From Felis catus (taxonomy: Eukaryota), in the NCBI RefSeq assembly GCF_018350175.1, contig NC_058383.1, positions 1,612,001 to 1,676,000 of the forward strand: 64,000 nucleotides of DNA. Reading direction: 5' to 3'. The notes under the pieces are model-generated. The model was not told where the DNA came from and did not search any database. It saw only the letters and a list, made by a program, of their open reading frames with translations. The position numbers were made by a program, and so were the translations under genes. This document shows positions 38,239-51,029 of this stretch, piece by piece (the stretch's first letter is position 1; the number at the start of each line of letters is the position of its first letter).

Positions 38239-39614
38239 CTACAATTCATAGGGAGCTGCAAGAGGTTCAGAATAATCCCGAATAATCCCGAATAACCCTG
38301 AATAACCCAGCCATCCTGAACGGGAGGACAGAGCAGGAGGATGCCCACTTCTACTCCAAGGCAGAGTGGTGCCAGCGTCACGGCGAGCTCACTGGAACAG
38401 AAAGGAAGCCCGGAGGAGACCCTCGTGTCCCCAGAGAACTGACTTCCTACAAGGGCACCAAGTCCACTCCGTGGGGAAAGGAGTCCTTTAACACACGCTG
38501 CCGGGACCACTGTACATCCGTGTGCAAAAGGTGTGAGGCTGGACCCCTACCTCACACCGTATAAAAACTAAGTCAAAACCAAAGATGTAAGTGAAAGAGC
38601 TCAGACCACAAGACTCAGAAGAAAATGTGAGTGTAAGCCTTCGTGACATTGGATTTGGCCACGGATTCTTGGATAGGATGCTAAAATCAAAGAACAAAAG
38701 AAAAAAAAGTACAAATCAGACGTCATAAAAATGAAAAACTCTGTGCTTCAAAGAACACCATTGAGGAAAGGAAAAGACAACATACAGAAGGGGAGAAAGT
38801 ATTTGTAAGCTGCACATCCAGCAAGCAACTCGTACCCAGAATAATAACAAAGCCTCGCAGCTCAGTAGCAACAACAAGACCCAGGTAACTGATTTAAAAG
38901 TGGGCAGGGGTCTCACTACATACTTTTCCACGGAAGAGACACAAAAACTAGTAAGTACACGAGAAGACGCTCAGTACCCATGGCATCGTTAATCGAGACA
39001 AGCGTTGCTGAGGACGAGGAGGAATTGGGGGCCCCCACGACTGTCAGCACAGATGTGAAACAGCACAACCGCTGTGGGTAACAGCTCCTCGAGCGGTGAG
39101 ACAGACAGCGACCGCACAAACCCACAAGTCTACACGCTGGTGTTGGCTCAGGAGAAATAAAACCGATGCGCACCAAGAAACCTGCGCCCCAACGTTCACG
39201 GCAGCATGATTCATAACAGAAGGCGGGAAAAACTCAACATCCATCAACTGGTGAACGGTGAACCGCGCTGGGTGCACGGTGGTATTTCGCTCAGCCGTAA
39301 AAAAGGGGCAGGACACTGACGCCTGCTACCACACGTGAGATCCTTGGACACGTGACGCTCAGTGACAGAAGCGCATCACAAAGGACCACAGGTCACGTGG
39401 CTCCATCCACACAAAAGGCCCAGAACAGGAGTGCCCACACGGATGGAAAATAGAGACAGGGGCTGTGGGGGCAGGAGGCAGAGGGGTGGCAGGCAGGGGT
39501 GGAGATGTGTGTCTGATACGATGAAAGGCACATGCTATCTGCGAGTGTAAGAATCACCGAATTGCTCTCCGTTTCAAACACGTGAGGTATGCGGCATATA
39601 AATCTCCATAAAGC
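38239..39614 (+). mobile_element. Old L1 (ORF2 3' end and L1MB-like 3' UTR)
   Basis: ggacccctacctcacaccgtataaaaacta, ccttcgtgacattggatttggc, aaaactctgtgcttcaaagaacacca, gttcacggcagcatgattcataacag and tccatcaactggtgaacgg. Confidence 0.85.
38270..38309. repeat. 10-bp tandem repeat inside L1
   Basis: gaataatccc gaataatccc gaataaccct gaataaccca. Confidence 0.8.
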
Positions 39615-39626
39615 TTTTTTTTTAAA

Positions 39627-39847
39627 GGGGCACCTGGGAGGCTCAGTTGGTTGAGTGTCTGATTTCAGCTCAGGTCATGATCTCACGGTTCATGGGTTCA
39701 AGCCCCGCATCGGGCTCTGTGCTGACAGCTCGGAGCCTGAAGCCTGCTTCCGATTCTGTGTCTCCCTCTCTCTCTGCCCATGCCCTGCTTGTGCTCTGTC
39801 TCCCTCTCAAAAATAAACATTAAAAAAAAAAAATTAAAAAAAAAAAA
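39627..39847 (+). mobile_element. Can-SINE (SINEC_Fc2-like)
   Basis: ggggcacctgggaggctcagttggttgag...gctgacagctcggagcctgaagcctgcttccgattctgtgtctccc followed by an A tail. Confidence 0.93.
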
Positions 39848-41949
39848 TGTTTTTAAAAAAAAGGAAGGGAAGAGGTAGGGCGGAGAGCCGGCACCCACAA
39901 GGGAGGGGAGCACCGAGCTTGGTGGGGGGAATGCACGCTGGGTGCGGTGGAGGCCAGAGCCTGACCTCCACGCCACCCGGGGCCTGTCTGGCTGCCAGGC
40001 CGAACCTCTCTGAGCCTCCCAGGCACCCCCGCACCTCCACGGGCCCACGGCTGGTCAGGACTCCCCGCCATAGTCCCCCTCGAGTGACGCCACCCGACCT
40101 CATCCGCCCAGGCTTTCAGGCCCCACGTTCTCAGGCCACTTTCCCGTGTGCACCTACCTCCCTGACCCTGGACCCTCAGGGCTCCGAGGGACCCCCACCG
40201 CCCCTGGACCATACACTGCCAGACCCCGTCCGCAGGGCGGGAGACGGGCCACTCTGCTCCAGCCGGTTTCCTCCAAGTCTTTGACACGGGGGCGCATGGG
40301 GTGTGGGGTACGTGCAGACCAGACCTGAGACTGCAAGGTGGGGTCAGAGGCCCGTGTCGGGACAGACAGCAAGCTGCTGCAAGGTGCGGCCTGCTGGCCA
40401 GTCGCTGCAGCGGTCATAGTGAGGCCCGGTCGGCAGGGAGGAAGCTGGGGGCCGGGATGAGCTGTCAACACCCTGAGGGCCTGGGTTTGCCGTAGGCACC
40501 TGCCACCTGCAACTCCCACACAGGGCTGAGAAGGACGAGGGCTCCCGCCCGGAGACGGTGAGAGGAGGTGAGCTGGCTGGTGCAGTCGGGGCCGCCTGGG
40601 AGTCTGTCACGGCCGGGGATCGGGGAGCACGCAAACCGGGTGGCCAGATAACGCCTTCCAGGGGCCGGAGCAACTGGCTCTCAGTTAGGCCTGGCCAAAC
40701 TGGACTCGGACCTCATTCTTCTCCCCCCACACGCCCAACAGGGCTTTCCCTGGGCCGGTGGCCGGCAGGCGGGGGCCGACCTGTCGGGACCCTGCGGCCG
40801 GGCTGTGCGTCCACAGGCTCAGCCTGCGGTGACACCGACCCCGCGCGGTGGGAAGAGGCCGTCCCTCTGCGGCCACGAGGACGTCACGGCGTGGCCGACA
40901 CCACGGAGGCCCGGGAGTGGAGGGAGACGCTGGCGCCCACGGCCGGCTCGCCACGGGACGTCCAGCCGCCGAGATCACGGGTTCCCCAGACGCTTCCAGC
41001 AGGCCGAGCCCCGCCCGGCTCTCACGCGGCACATCACCTGTGACCTGCACCTCACCCCCAGCCTCCCGGCCGGAGGAACGTAAGGGCAGGCCCCTGGGGC
41101 GCGTGCGGGGCAGAAGCTGTGTGGCCACCGGGGGGCGCAGCACGCCTTCGGGGGCTGACACGTCCATGAGGCACACAGGCGGGGCTCCGGACACCCCTGT
41201 GGAAACGTGCTGCTAGATGGCGGCTCTGAGACACGAAGAGGGAAGACGGCTGTCATCTCCTCCGGAGACGGGTCTGATTCCCAGCTGAGGAACCGCGTAG
41301 CGACGAGGATCTCAAAAGGAAACGTTCTGGGCTTCCTCCGGCCAGACGGCGGGATCACCGCGTGTACAGGCCCCTGTCACCTGCGGGGAGCTGCCGTGTC
41401 TGCCCCAGAATGACCCCGGGGAAGCCAAAGACCGGGGCTGGGCGTGGGGTGGCCGGGGTTCTGGGGGAGGGGGCGTCTGCCACGCGCTTCTGTGGAGACC
41501 CGCAGAGTGCCGGGCGGGACTGGGCCGGAGGGCGAACTCTACTCGTCCCCCAGAGCCCGGAGGCTCCTGCCTCGGCCTCACCGCACGAATCCCTTCTTTC
41601 GCCCTAACTCCCTGACAGCTCCCAAGAATGGCCGCTTTCCTCCGCGACCAGGCCGCTGTGCCAGCGTCCTGAGTCCCGCGGGGAGCATCTGCGGCCTGGC
41701 CGCCCTGACCCACGCTGGCTGCTGGCCCTTCTCCACCTGCAGCAGAGCAAGGGCGGGCCGCCACCCCCAAGGACCTTCGGGGCCTGGTGCTCACAGGCCT
41801 GCACAGAGGGCAAGCCCCAGGAGCCCCCGTCGGCCTGGCCTGCGGCGGCACGTGCTGCCCAGGGCCCGGGAGGGAGGGCGGGCTGGCGCCTGCCACCCGG
41901 GCCTGACGCGAATACTGAGGGCCCTGCTGGAAGAGGCAGAGACGCAGGG

Positions 41950-42030
41950 AGAATTAAACGGCTCAGTTAAGTAAGTGCTGGTCTTGATGCATATTCATAA
42001 GTCACCCGGCCTCGAAGCTAAATCAATACC
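41950..42030. promoter_or_regulatory. Candidate enhancer with POU dimer (MORE-type) site
   Basis: atgcatattcat at 41987-41998, plus gaattaaa and taaatcaat. Confidence 0.35.
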
Positions 42031-44149
42031 TCTCCCAGCCCAAGGGAGCACAGCTCGGGGAGAAGAGCAGGAGGCTCGGGGTCCGGGCCGGGCCGGGCTT
42101 ACTAGATGGGGAGCGCAGCCCTCCCCAGGCCCTGCCTCAGTGACCTTGCTCCCCAAGCCCGGCCCTGCGTCTTCTGCACAGGCCCAAGGCTGGTGCCCCC
42201 TCTGCTCAGGAGCCCCATGGCCTTGTGCAGGTCCCTCAGCGGCTGGCCTCATGTCCCTACTGTCTCACGGGTGGGGATCGTGGCAAGCTGGGTTCTCGCT
42301 CAGTGCTCAAAGGGCCCTGAAGCCTCGGGCACACAGCAGACCCGATCCCCCCGCGTGAGGCCCCCCAGACTGTGCTCGCGGCAGGTGTACAGGGTAGGGA
42401 ATGGCGGAGGGGATCACACAGAGCAGGATGAGCCGGACTCCTCCACCCCCCGGATCTGCGGCATCATGGGCAGCTGGCTCGTCTCCTGGCTCAGAGACTG
42501 AGAAACCGAGGCCCGGAGAGGACTGGAGGCACACGCGGCTATTCAGGACTGGTCACCGGGAGGGGTAAAGAGGGGAGAGGCCGGGGGCTGGAGGTTCCCA
42601 GAGGCAGGTCCCCGGGGTCCTTCCTCAAGCCGCAGACATGTTACTGAGGGAGAACAGGTGCTCCACAAGCTTCTGCCTGTCCTTGGGCCAACAGGAAGGC
42701 TAAGGAAGAGGCTGGGGACCACGAGGGTCTGCCCCTCCCTCCTCTGGCTCCCCTTGCCCCCCCAGGACAGAAGCTTTACTCAAAAGCTGGGCACTTGGCA
42801 TTCCCTGTGGCCGAGGCACCCTTGGAAAACATACAGGGCGTACAGCCTGCCACCCAACTTACAAGAGGGGGTTGTGCGCACGGTGTCCAGCGCCCACTGC
42901 AGCCTCCGAGGGGCCCGGACCCTCTGGTCAAAGCTGGTGAAGGGACCCAGCGCAGCAAAGGGAGGACGCAGCCTGGGGGAGCAGCCCCGCCTGGGCCGCC
43001 ACACGTGGGTACGGCTCTCCTCACTCCACCCTGCGGGCGACCACCGTGCCCGCTTCCGACCCAGGGCCGGAGACCGCAGCACGATGGGTCTGTCCACTGA
43101 TGGCCACGTAACAAAGGGGAGAAAGATACGCCACGTCCTGTGGCCGTCCGGAGGAAGACCAATGGTGACAGGGGGCCCGGAGGGGGCCCTCGCCCAGCCA
43201 GGCCTGACACCGGTCCTCCTTGGACGCAATACCCAGAGGGAGGCCACTGTGCTCAACCTCCGGGCCCGTCCCCGGCCCAGAGTTCACCCCGCGGTGGTGG
43301 TCTGGAGCCCTGCCGGCCTTGGGCACCGGGGCAGGCTGCCAACACGACGCCGCTAACCTCCCGGAGGCGGGCAGACAGTGGGGTTGCTCACGAGGGCGGT
43401 GGGGACCACCTCACCAGCGCCTCCCTCTTCCCGGAGACAGAGTGGCAAGACGGGCCGAGTCCTGGGGCCCAGCGGGGTGCCCGTCCCTCCTCTGCCCGCA
43501 CGCAACCCGCGGCCAGGCCACAGGGCCTGAGGGAAAGATGCCGCCATCCCAGGACACCGGCTGGGGCCCCGCGGGTCACACGCAGAGCCCCCGCGGCCCC
43601 GACCACAGAGGCCTGGCCTGGCTCCCCGGCCTGACTCAGCTGCCCAGCCAACAAGCCCCCTGAGGCTCCTGTCCCCAGGCCAGGCCCCTCCCTGCACCTC
43701 TGTCACAGCAGGGCAGGGTCACCGAAGAGTGTCACCTGCGTGGGCACCCAGGGCCGTGCTCCGTGGGAAGAAGGGAAGGGACAGGGTGTCTTCTGCTTGT
43801 GCTCGTCCTGCTAGTCAGGAGGCCACAGTTGACGATCCCCCCTCCACCTGCCATCCCACGGCAATGTCACCAAGCGAGCGAGCCAGGCCCCTGCTTGGCT
43901 GCGTGGACGTGCAGAAGCTGTGGAAATCGGGTGGCCGTGGCTGTCGTGACGTCCCCGTCAGACGGCAAACAACAGGCGCAGCCTAAATCCGGTGGCCTGC
44001 CTGAGCGGTGAGAGCTGGCGCAGACAGCACTGAGGTCGGTGCTCACTGCCCTGGGTGCTCACCGGGACGCCGGGCACTTCGTCCCACCTGCCCAAGGGAC
44101 CGGAGGTACACAGATCAGAAAGTGCTGAACAAAGCCACTCGATTTTTTC

Positions 44150-44820
44150 ATAATTGCGGTAAAATACACATAACAGAAAATTAACCATCTCAACCATTTC
44201 TAAGTGAACAGCTCAGTGGCACCGAGCACATTCACGCTGCTGTGCAGCCTTCCCCACCGCTCGTCTCTAGAACGTTCCATCTCCCCACACTGAGAGTCTG
44301 CCCCATTACACACAGACCCCCAACTACTCTCCCAGACCTGGGCCCACTTTCTACTCTGTGTCCGTGAATCTGATGACTCCGTGACCTCGTGTGAGTGGGT
44401 CCCAGTGCGTGTCCTCCCGTGTCTGTGAGTCTGACGACCCCGGGGCCTCGTGGGAGTGCGTCCCAGTGCGTGTCCTCCCGTGTCCCTGAGTCTGACGACC
44501 CCGGGGCCTCGTGGGAGTGCGTCCCAGTGCGTGTCCTCCCGTGTCTGTGAGTCTGACGACCCCGGGACCTCGTGTGAGTGGGTCCCGGTGCGTGTCCTCC
44601 TGTGTCTGGATCGTGTCACTCACCATGGTGTCTGCAGGGTCCGCCCGTGTGGGAGCAGGTGCCAGAATTTCCTTCCTTTTTAAGGCCGAGTGATATTCCA
44701 TTGTGTGGATGGACCGGGTCGTGTCACCCCGGTCCAAGATGGACACCGTGATGCTGCCGTGAACGTGCGGGTGCGCGTGTCTGTTCGAGTCCCAGGAGCG
44801 GGACAGCAGGGTCATGTGGT
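44150..44820 (-). mobile_element. L1MB-like 3' end fragment containing a minisatellite
   Basis: ggtaaaatacacataacagaaaattaaccatctcaaccatttctaagtgaacagctcagtggc...cagaatttccttcctttttaaggccgagtgatattccattgtgtggat. Confidence 0.85.
44358..44608. repeat. 61-bp minisatellite, ~4 copies
   Basis: Unit gtgtctgtgagtctgacgaccccggggcctcgtgggagtgcgtcccagtgcgtgtcctccc at 44358, 44419, 44480 and 44541. Confidence 0.95.
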
Positions 44821-47800
44821 TAAAGAAGGCGGCTTTGTAAAGTCAGTTTCAGCATCTGTGGTGGGACGTCAAGAAATCCCCACGGGAGGCAGTTCTAGAA
44901 TTCCGCGTTCTGTCCGTAAACCGCCTCCACAAAACCACCTTTCTACAAGAAGGATCAAGTAAACTGGTCATAATTTCCTTCCTTGCTGGGCTGCTGAGCA
45001 GTTCAGCTTCAACAGTGCCTGATGCCAGAATACTCCTGATCTACTTCCTGTAGGTATCACGTTATCGGTGGCCACAATACTGGGATCTTATCTAAAACAA
45101 ACAGACACGACTGTGGAATATAGTCAAGTTAATACTCACAGACTGAAGAAACTCAAATTCCCCAAGTAGTCTGGACTCTTCCAGAACTTCCGTGGAGAGC
45201 CTAAGCACCCTGAGAGGGTGACTTCCCCTGGAAAGCCCTGGAAATCCTGGCAGTGACATTCCTTGTCCTCTGTGCCACAGAAGGAAACCAAGAGCACGTG
45301 GTCCCGCCAGGTCCTCGAGCGGCTCCTCCCCGAGTCCGTCCCAACGGTCTGCTCTCCTTCCTAGGTGTCCCCACGAGTGATGACTCACGGGTACACCGGG
45401 CCCACGGTTTGTGTCTCCCCACCAAACATACGCTCATGGAAGTGGGGCCCTGGCTGCCTCAGTCTCCGCTGTCCCCCACGTTAGAGCAGCACCCACACAC
45501 CAGACCCCAGCAAGGGGGACAGACACCCCACACCTAGCACCGGGGGCGCCAAACGACCGCTGCTCTGCTGGGGTCCATCCTCCCCTCTGGCCAAGCCACC
45601 CCAGGGACTCGTTCAGAAGGAATCTTGGACCCTAAGCCCTGGAACGGAGCTTGAACGGCAAACATCATGCCACGTCCCAGCGGGGCCGAGTCGGAGGGAG
45701 GCCAGTCGGAGGATGGCAAGGAGGAGACAAAGGAGGGAGACCAGCGCGGGGCTTGGAACAGACCTGGCCTGAAGCTCCGGTTACCTAAGCCCCTGGGCAC
45801 CGGGCCGATGACCACAACCCCCAGCGCCCTCGCTGGGGCTCCTACCGGGCAGCCCCCGCCCCCCCCCAACCCCCGTCACCACAAACATTCCTAAAGGAAG
45901 CTGGAGGGGAGGGGGCAGGCCGGGCCGGATGTCGCAGGGGAAGGGGAGGGCCGCGCACAGACGAGGAGTCTACACTCTTCCCTAAGCGCCAGTGCAGGCT
46001 GCCCACGGGACACACGTGGATGCAGGCGCCAGGGAGAAAGGGCCTCTGGCAGCACGAGACGCCCCGAATGCCCTCTCTGCGGCACCCCTGCCTCCCGCCG
46101 TGCGGGCCAGAGCAGGGGACGCAGGCGCACGTGAGAAGCCCCTCTGTCAGCCCCTCGTCCGGGGTCGGGAGCATCTGACTCCGGCCAGAGGGCGCGGGCC
46201 TACGGCACCGGTGTGGCGTGTGCCACGCCCTCAGCTGTGGCCCTCGCAGCACAGGGGCCATGAATGGGTCTTCTGGAGGCGGCTCGGCTCCGTGGGCCCC
46301 GGGGACGGTGCCACAGTAAGGGAGGACGGGAGCGTGCCAGACTCCGCCGAGGCCGAGGCGCCGCGGGCCGACCCCCAAGCTGGGCTTCCTCCCCAGCACC
46401 GAGGCCGACACGGCACGTCTACACGAGGTGACACAGCCGCCACGAGGGCTGGGCGAAGCCGGCAGGGACAAGAGAGCGAGTTCCCCCGAGGCAGCCGACT
46501 CCAGAGCCCTCATCTGGTGGGAGCTGTGACCCGGTCAGGGGACACGGATCCAGGGTGCTGGTGGGGTCCGAGCGGGTGCTGGCCTCCCAGGGAGGAAGGG
46601 GCCAGGTGTCCTGCTAGCCCTGAGCCAGTCACAAAAACAAGAGCCCAGGGTAAGGGCTCCTGAAGCTGGTCGCAGTGCTGCCCGTCCCACCTGTCCCGCC
46701 CCGGATACGCCCTGGCTTGACGGGCCTGGACGGACAGCTGCCGTGGCAGTGAGGCCCCGCGCCTGGCGTCAGAAGAACGGGTCTATCCCGGCGGGGCCCC
46801 AGGGGCTCAGTTCCGGGAGGGACACGCGGGGATCATGGGGCACGAGGCCGCACCTGCCCTCCCTGTCCCGAGACGTGGCCTCCGCCCCCCGGCGAGGGCG
46901 AGGCTTGCAGCCAACGCTCTGCCCTCCGCCCGCCCGCCCGCCCGCCTCACGTGGCCGCTGCGACGCTGCGGGTCCCTCGTAAGAAAAATTCAACTGGCTT
47001 GAAAGTGATAATCACGTATGACTTTTCAGCGCGCCGCTCGTCTCTAGGTCTGTGGGGAGCCGGGTAACCCACGCGTGTGTCTAATGGCCTGGTGACGAGC
47101 AGACGGGGGTGAAGCGGGGTCGGCACGAAGCCTGAGGTGGCCGTGCCGGGGCCCGCGTACGGCCGGCGGCACAGCGGGCGGGCCCGGCACCCTGAGGCCC
47201 ATCCTGAGGCAGGGGCTCCGGGGACCCTCAGGGCGCCGCGAGGCCCCCCGTGCGGGCGCGGGGCCGGGCCGCCGGTCTGGGGGTCTGAGGCCCCGCGGAG
47301 ACGCCGGCTGGCACCGGCTCGTGGGACGGGAAGGGGCTTGTTATTCAAGACACGTCCTTCTCATAAAAGAATCAGAAGAAATCAGCGCCTGTGGAAATGT
47401 CTCCTCACAAGTGCGCATCAGCAGGCCGGCTTTTTTTAGTCCTCGGCGTTAATAAACATGAGCGGCCGGGCGCCACGTTGGGGAGGGAGGTTCGGGCTCT
47501 TTCCTGAAGCGCCTTGTTTGACACGTACGTCGGGGAGCACAGGCCCGGGGCACGCGCCCGCTCGCTCACTCCGGGTATGAAGGGGCACACGCGGCCGCCA
47601 CGAACAGGGTCACGCACCTCCCGGGCGGGGCCCGGAGTCCGTGCGGCAGGGACACCGAAGATCCCCGCCCCAGAGGCAGACGACACAAGAAACGTGCAAA
47701 ATGAAGACACAGCCGTAAAACGTGCCGGTGGGGCGCAAACAGGACCCCACAAACGCTCCCACGCACGAGACTGACTGTCCTACGACGTCCCGTCCCGGGA

Positions 47801-47829
47801 GGCTCGCCGTCACCTTTCGTGAGACCTAA

Positions 47830-48930
47830 CAAATTCTCAATTAGTTGGGGGGTGTGTTAATTCCAAAGGGCACATAAACATGAACAAGAGACACCGGGAA
47901 AAATTCTGCTGGACGAGTCACGGGGCAGGCGGGAGGGGACGCATCAGCCCTGGGAGCGGCCCACACCCAGTGACACGCGGGCATCGCGGATCCGGGGCAC
48001 GGCACCTGACACCATCAAGGACGGGCTTTGTGGACAGTGGTCCCAGGACCGCGAGGGGCCGCCTTTCAGGGAACAGGCGGATGTCAGGCTTCCTCCCTTG
48101 TAGAACTCCAGACCAAACCCGAACACCAAACCAGCCACGGATTTACACGTGAAAAACAAAACCACCACGAAGAACTCCTTCACCACCTGAAGCCAGAAGA
48201 GAATAGTAGGTAAACCCACCTATGTAAAAATTCAAATATCAAAATCTTCTTGGTAAAAAACACCTCAAGCAAAGCCAAAAGACAAATGATCAATTGGGAA
48301 AACCTGTTCACAACTTAAAAACACCTCAACTCCTTACAAGACAACGACTCCAAGAAATCAACAAGGACCACCAGAAAGCTGGACCACAGAGGACAACACC
48401 CAGGAACGTAGTTAAAGACTCTCACGCTCACATACAACACAGGGAACGAAGATCGAAAGCACACGGACCTAACCCCTGTCCACCTGCCGGGCCGGAAGAT
48501 CTTCCCCTGTGACGGTGCACTCTGGGCTAGGCCGTGGGGAACCGGCGCTCTCCTGGGTCACCGTTGTCCCACAGTGTGGGGAGTGGTCACGGACGGACCG
48601 TCGTGACCAACCATCTGGCAGAATCGACCAGAATAAGTACGGTGCCCTTCGATCTCATGATCTCCCTCCCGGAAATTTATCCCCCACACGCTTGCGCACA
48701 CGGAAATGCTACACACAGGACGTGCACCACAGCCACGTTTAGGACCACGGAAAGGGAGGACGGTGCCTGCGTGGCCACTGACAGGGAGCGGGTGGAGCAA
48801 ACCCCGGCACGCCACCGCCACACAGCTTGCAGCTGAGAAAACGAGGAGAGAGCTCCCAGATACAGCGTACAGAAAGCAAAAGGCACAGGATGGTTCGCCA
48901 CAGGCTATCTTTTGAGTTAAAGGGGGGCGG
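47830..48930 (+). mobile_element. Old L1 3' remnants
   Basis: tgtaaaaattcaaatatc...aagcaaagccaaaagacaaatgatcaattgggaaaacctgtt; ccatctggcagaatcgacc...ggaaatttatccc. Confidence 0.6.
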
Positions 48931-49049
48931 GCACTACATTAGGAAAAAACTCAACCACCAGTCAAGGAGTCACTACACGGGAGGAAAGCCCGGAACGCTT
49001 CATGTACTTAACCCTCCCAGCCTCCGCGGGACTCGGGGGCCGGCGGCTG

Positions 49050-49175
49050 CACCCACCCCTGTGCGCTCCCTGCGCCTGTACGCCCCGAGCGCCCGGGCTG
49101 ACACGCAGGCCCGAGGCTGGTGTGTGCAGGTGACTCGGTCAAGGTTCCTGCCTTCAGAGCTCACGGTCCAGAGGG
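49050..49175 (-). mobile_element. L2 3' relic
   Basis: caaggttcctgccttcagagctcacggtccagagg resembles L2 caaggtccctgccctcatggagcttacagtctagtgg. Confidence 0.4.
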
Positions 49176-49980
49176 CTGACCCGCCAACAGGTCCCAGATG
49201 TGGCGTGAGGGCGATACCGAGCCGGCCCCGAAGGATGGGCGGGGCTGGTGGGCAGGCGTGGGGTGCCCCAGACGGCAAGTCGTGGGAGCCAGGGGTGCAG
49301 GCCACGGCCAGGACCCTGAGGGAGAAGCCAGTGGGTGGCCCCCTGTGGGGCCCCCACACAGTCCCCCAGGCTTTCAGGGCAGGCACGGGGGCTGACGGGG
49401 CAGCAGAAGGCCTGGGTCTCTGCTGAGGGGATGGGGGGTGTGGCTCATGGCAGCAGGTGGGGGTCCTGAAAGTTGGGGGAGGTGACTGAGTGACCTCTCC
49501 ACACCTTGCGGCCGGTCACCAGCTTGTGACGCCGGGTATCCCCTTCCCACAGTGATGGAGGCCCTCACTCTGCGGCTGAGGAGGAGCTTCAGGGGCTTTA
49601 GAAGCAGGGAGGGGGCGGTTCTGGAATAGCAGAGGCCAGCACCTCTGGCCGAGGGCCAGTCTAGTGCCCTGTGCCCCCGTCACCTGGCTGACCTGGATGA
49701 AACCAATGCTCAGAGACATCAGCCCCTTCCTCACCCCCAGAGCAATCTCTGGGGCTCCCCCTATGCCCATACATCCCTAACACATGGCCTGTGGGTTTCG
49801 GCGCCCCCAGGAAGCAACACCCGGAGAGCATTTCAGAAGTGGGGGCAGTAGGCCAGTCAGGGGCAGGACAGGCCCAAGGGTGTGGTCAGCAGCCAGAGGG
49901 TCCCAAGGAGAAGAGCCAGAGGTGGGAGGGTTCTGAGAAGCAGAGGTCAGGCCTGAACTGGGCCCATGGCTCCCTGGCAA

Positions 49981-50506
49981 GTGAGAGCTGGTGGGAGCAG
50001 GTGGGAACAGGTGGGAGGAGGTGGGAGCAGATGGCAGGAAGTGGGAACAGGGGGAGGAAGTGGGAACAGGGGGGAGGAGGAGGGAACAGATAGAAACAGG
50101 TGGGAAGGGGTGAGAGCAGGTGGGAGCAGGTGGGAACAGGAGGGAAGAGGCGAGAGCAGGTGGGAGCAGGTGGGAACAGGTGGGAGCAGGTGGGAACAGG
50201 TGGGAGAAGGTGGGAACAGATGGGAGGAGGTGGGAACAGGTAGGAGGAGGTGGGAGCACATGGGAGAAGGTGGGAATAGGGGGGAGGAGGTGAGGGCAGG
50301 TGTGAGGGAAGAGGCGGGGGCAGGTGGGAGAAGGTGGGAACGGGGGAAAGAGGTGAGAGCAGGTGGGAGCAGGTGGGAACAGGTGGGAGAAGGTGGGAAC
50401 AGATGAGAGGAGGTGGGAACGGGTGGGAGAGGTGGGAGCACATGGGAGAAGGTGGGAACATGGGGGAGGAGGTGAGAGCAGGTGGGAAGAGGTGGGATAG
50501 GAGAGG
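49981..50506. repeat. G/purine-rich 10-bp minisatellite (caggtgggag/caggtgggaa)
   Basis: ~50 degenerate 10-mers, about 16 containing CAGGTG. Block 50181-50302 is duplicated at 50364-50484. Confidence 0.92.
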
Positions 50507-51029
50507 TCCAGCCCTGGGGGCCCAGGCCGGGCGGGAGGAACCCGCAGGTGAGAAGGAACCAGCGGGGGCCCCTGGGGGGCCATCACAGCATGGATCGGGA
50601 GAGGGCAGCGCAATATGAAGGGTGAGGGCCCCTCTCCCCCACCCTGTACTCAGGAGGGAGGAAGGAGACGAAGGCTAGGAGGGTCTGGTTCGACAGTGCC
50701 TGCCTGGTGACGCAGGGACGGGAGCGGAGACGTCTCCACAGGCACCGTGAGCTTTCCGCTCGCAGGCAACCCAGCAATTTTCTACCCACTCCGTTTCCAA
50801 AAAAGATACTTATTTCAAATGTCACCGGGCCGCAGTCTGGTCCCTTTCCCGCGCAGCATCGCCGGCTGGCTACGGCAGCCCCGCCCTGGCGCGGGGGGAG
50901 CAGGCGCGAGGCGTGGGGGGGAGAGCGGGACCTCCACCCACCCCTGACCATCACCTGCCTGAATGAGCAGCGTCATCAGACAACATTGAGGGGCAGCGGG
51001 ACGTGGGCTCAAACCCCAGAGATGAATTC

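Noticed and set aside
44358..44608. Regularly spaced repeats resembling a CRISPR array
   Set aside because: The units are contiguous with no unique spacers, there are no cas genes, the context is eukaryotic and the unit derives from L1.
44820..45260. AT-richer patch with a minus-strand gtgagta donor-like word near 45135
   Set aside because: No convincing acceptor or coding signal. It may be an unrecognised old repeat and cannot be classified from sequence alone.
49777..50613. Repetitive PPAPTCSHL / GGSRWEQV ORFs
   Set aside because: By-product of the 10-bp minisatellite.
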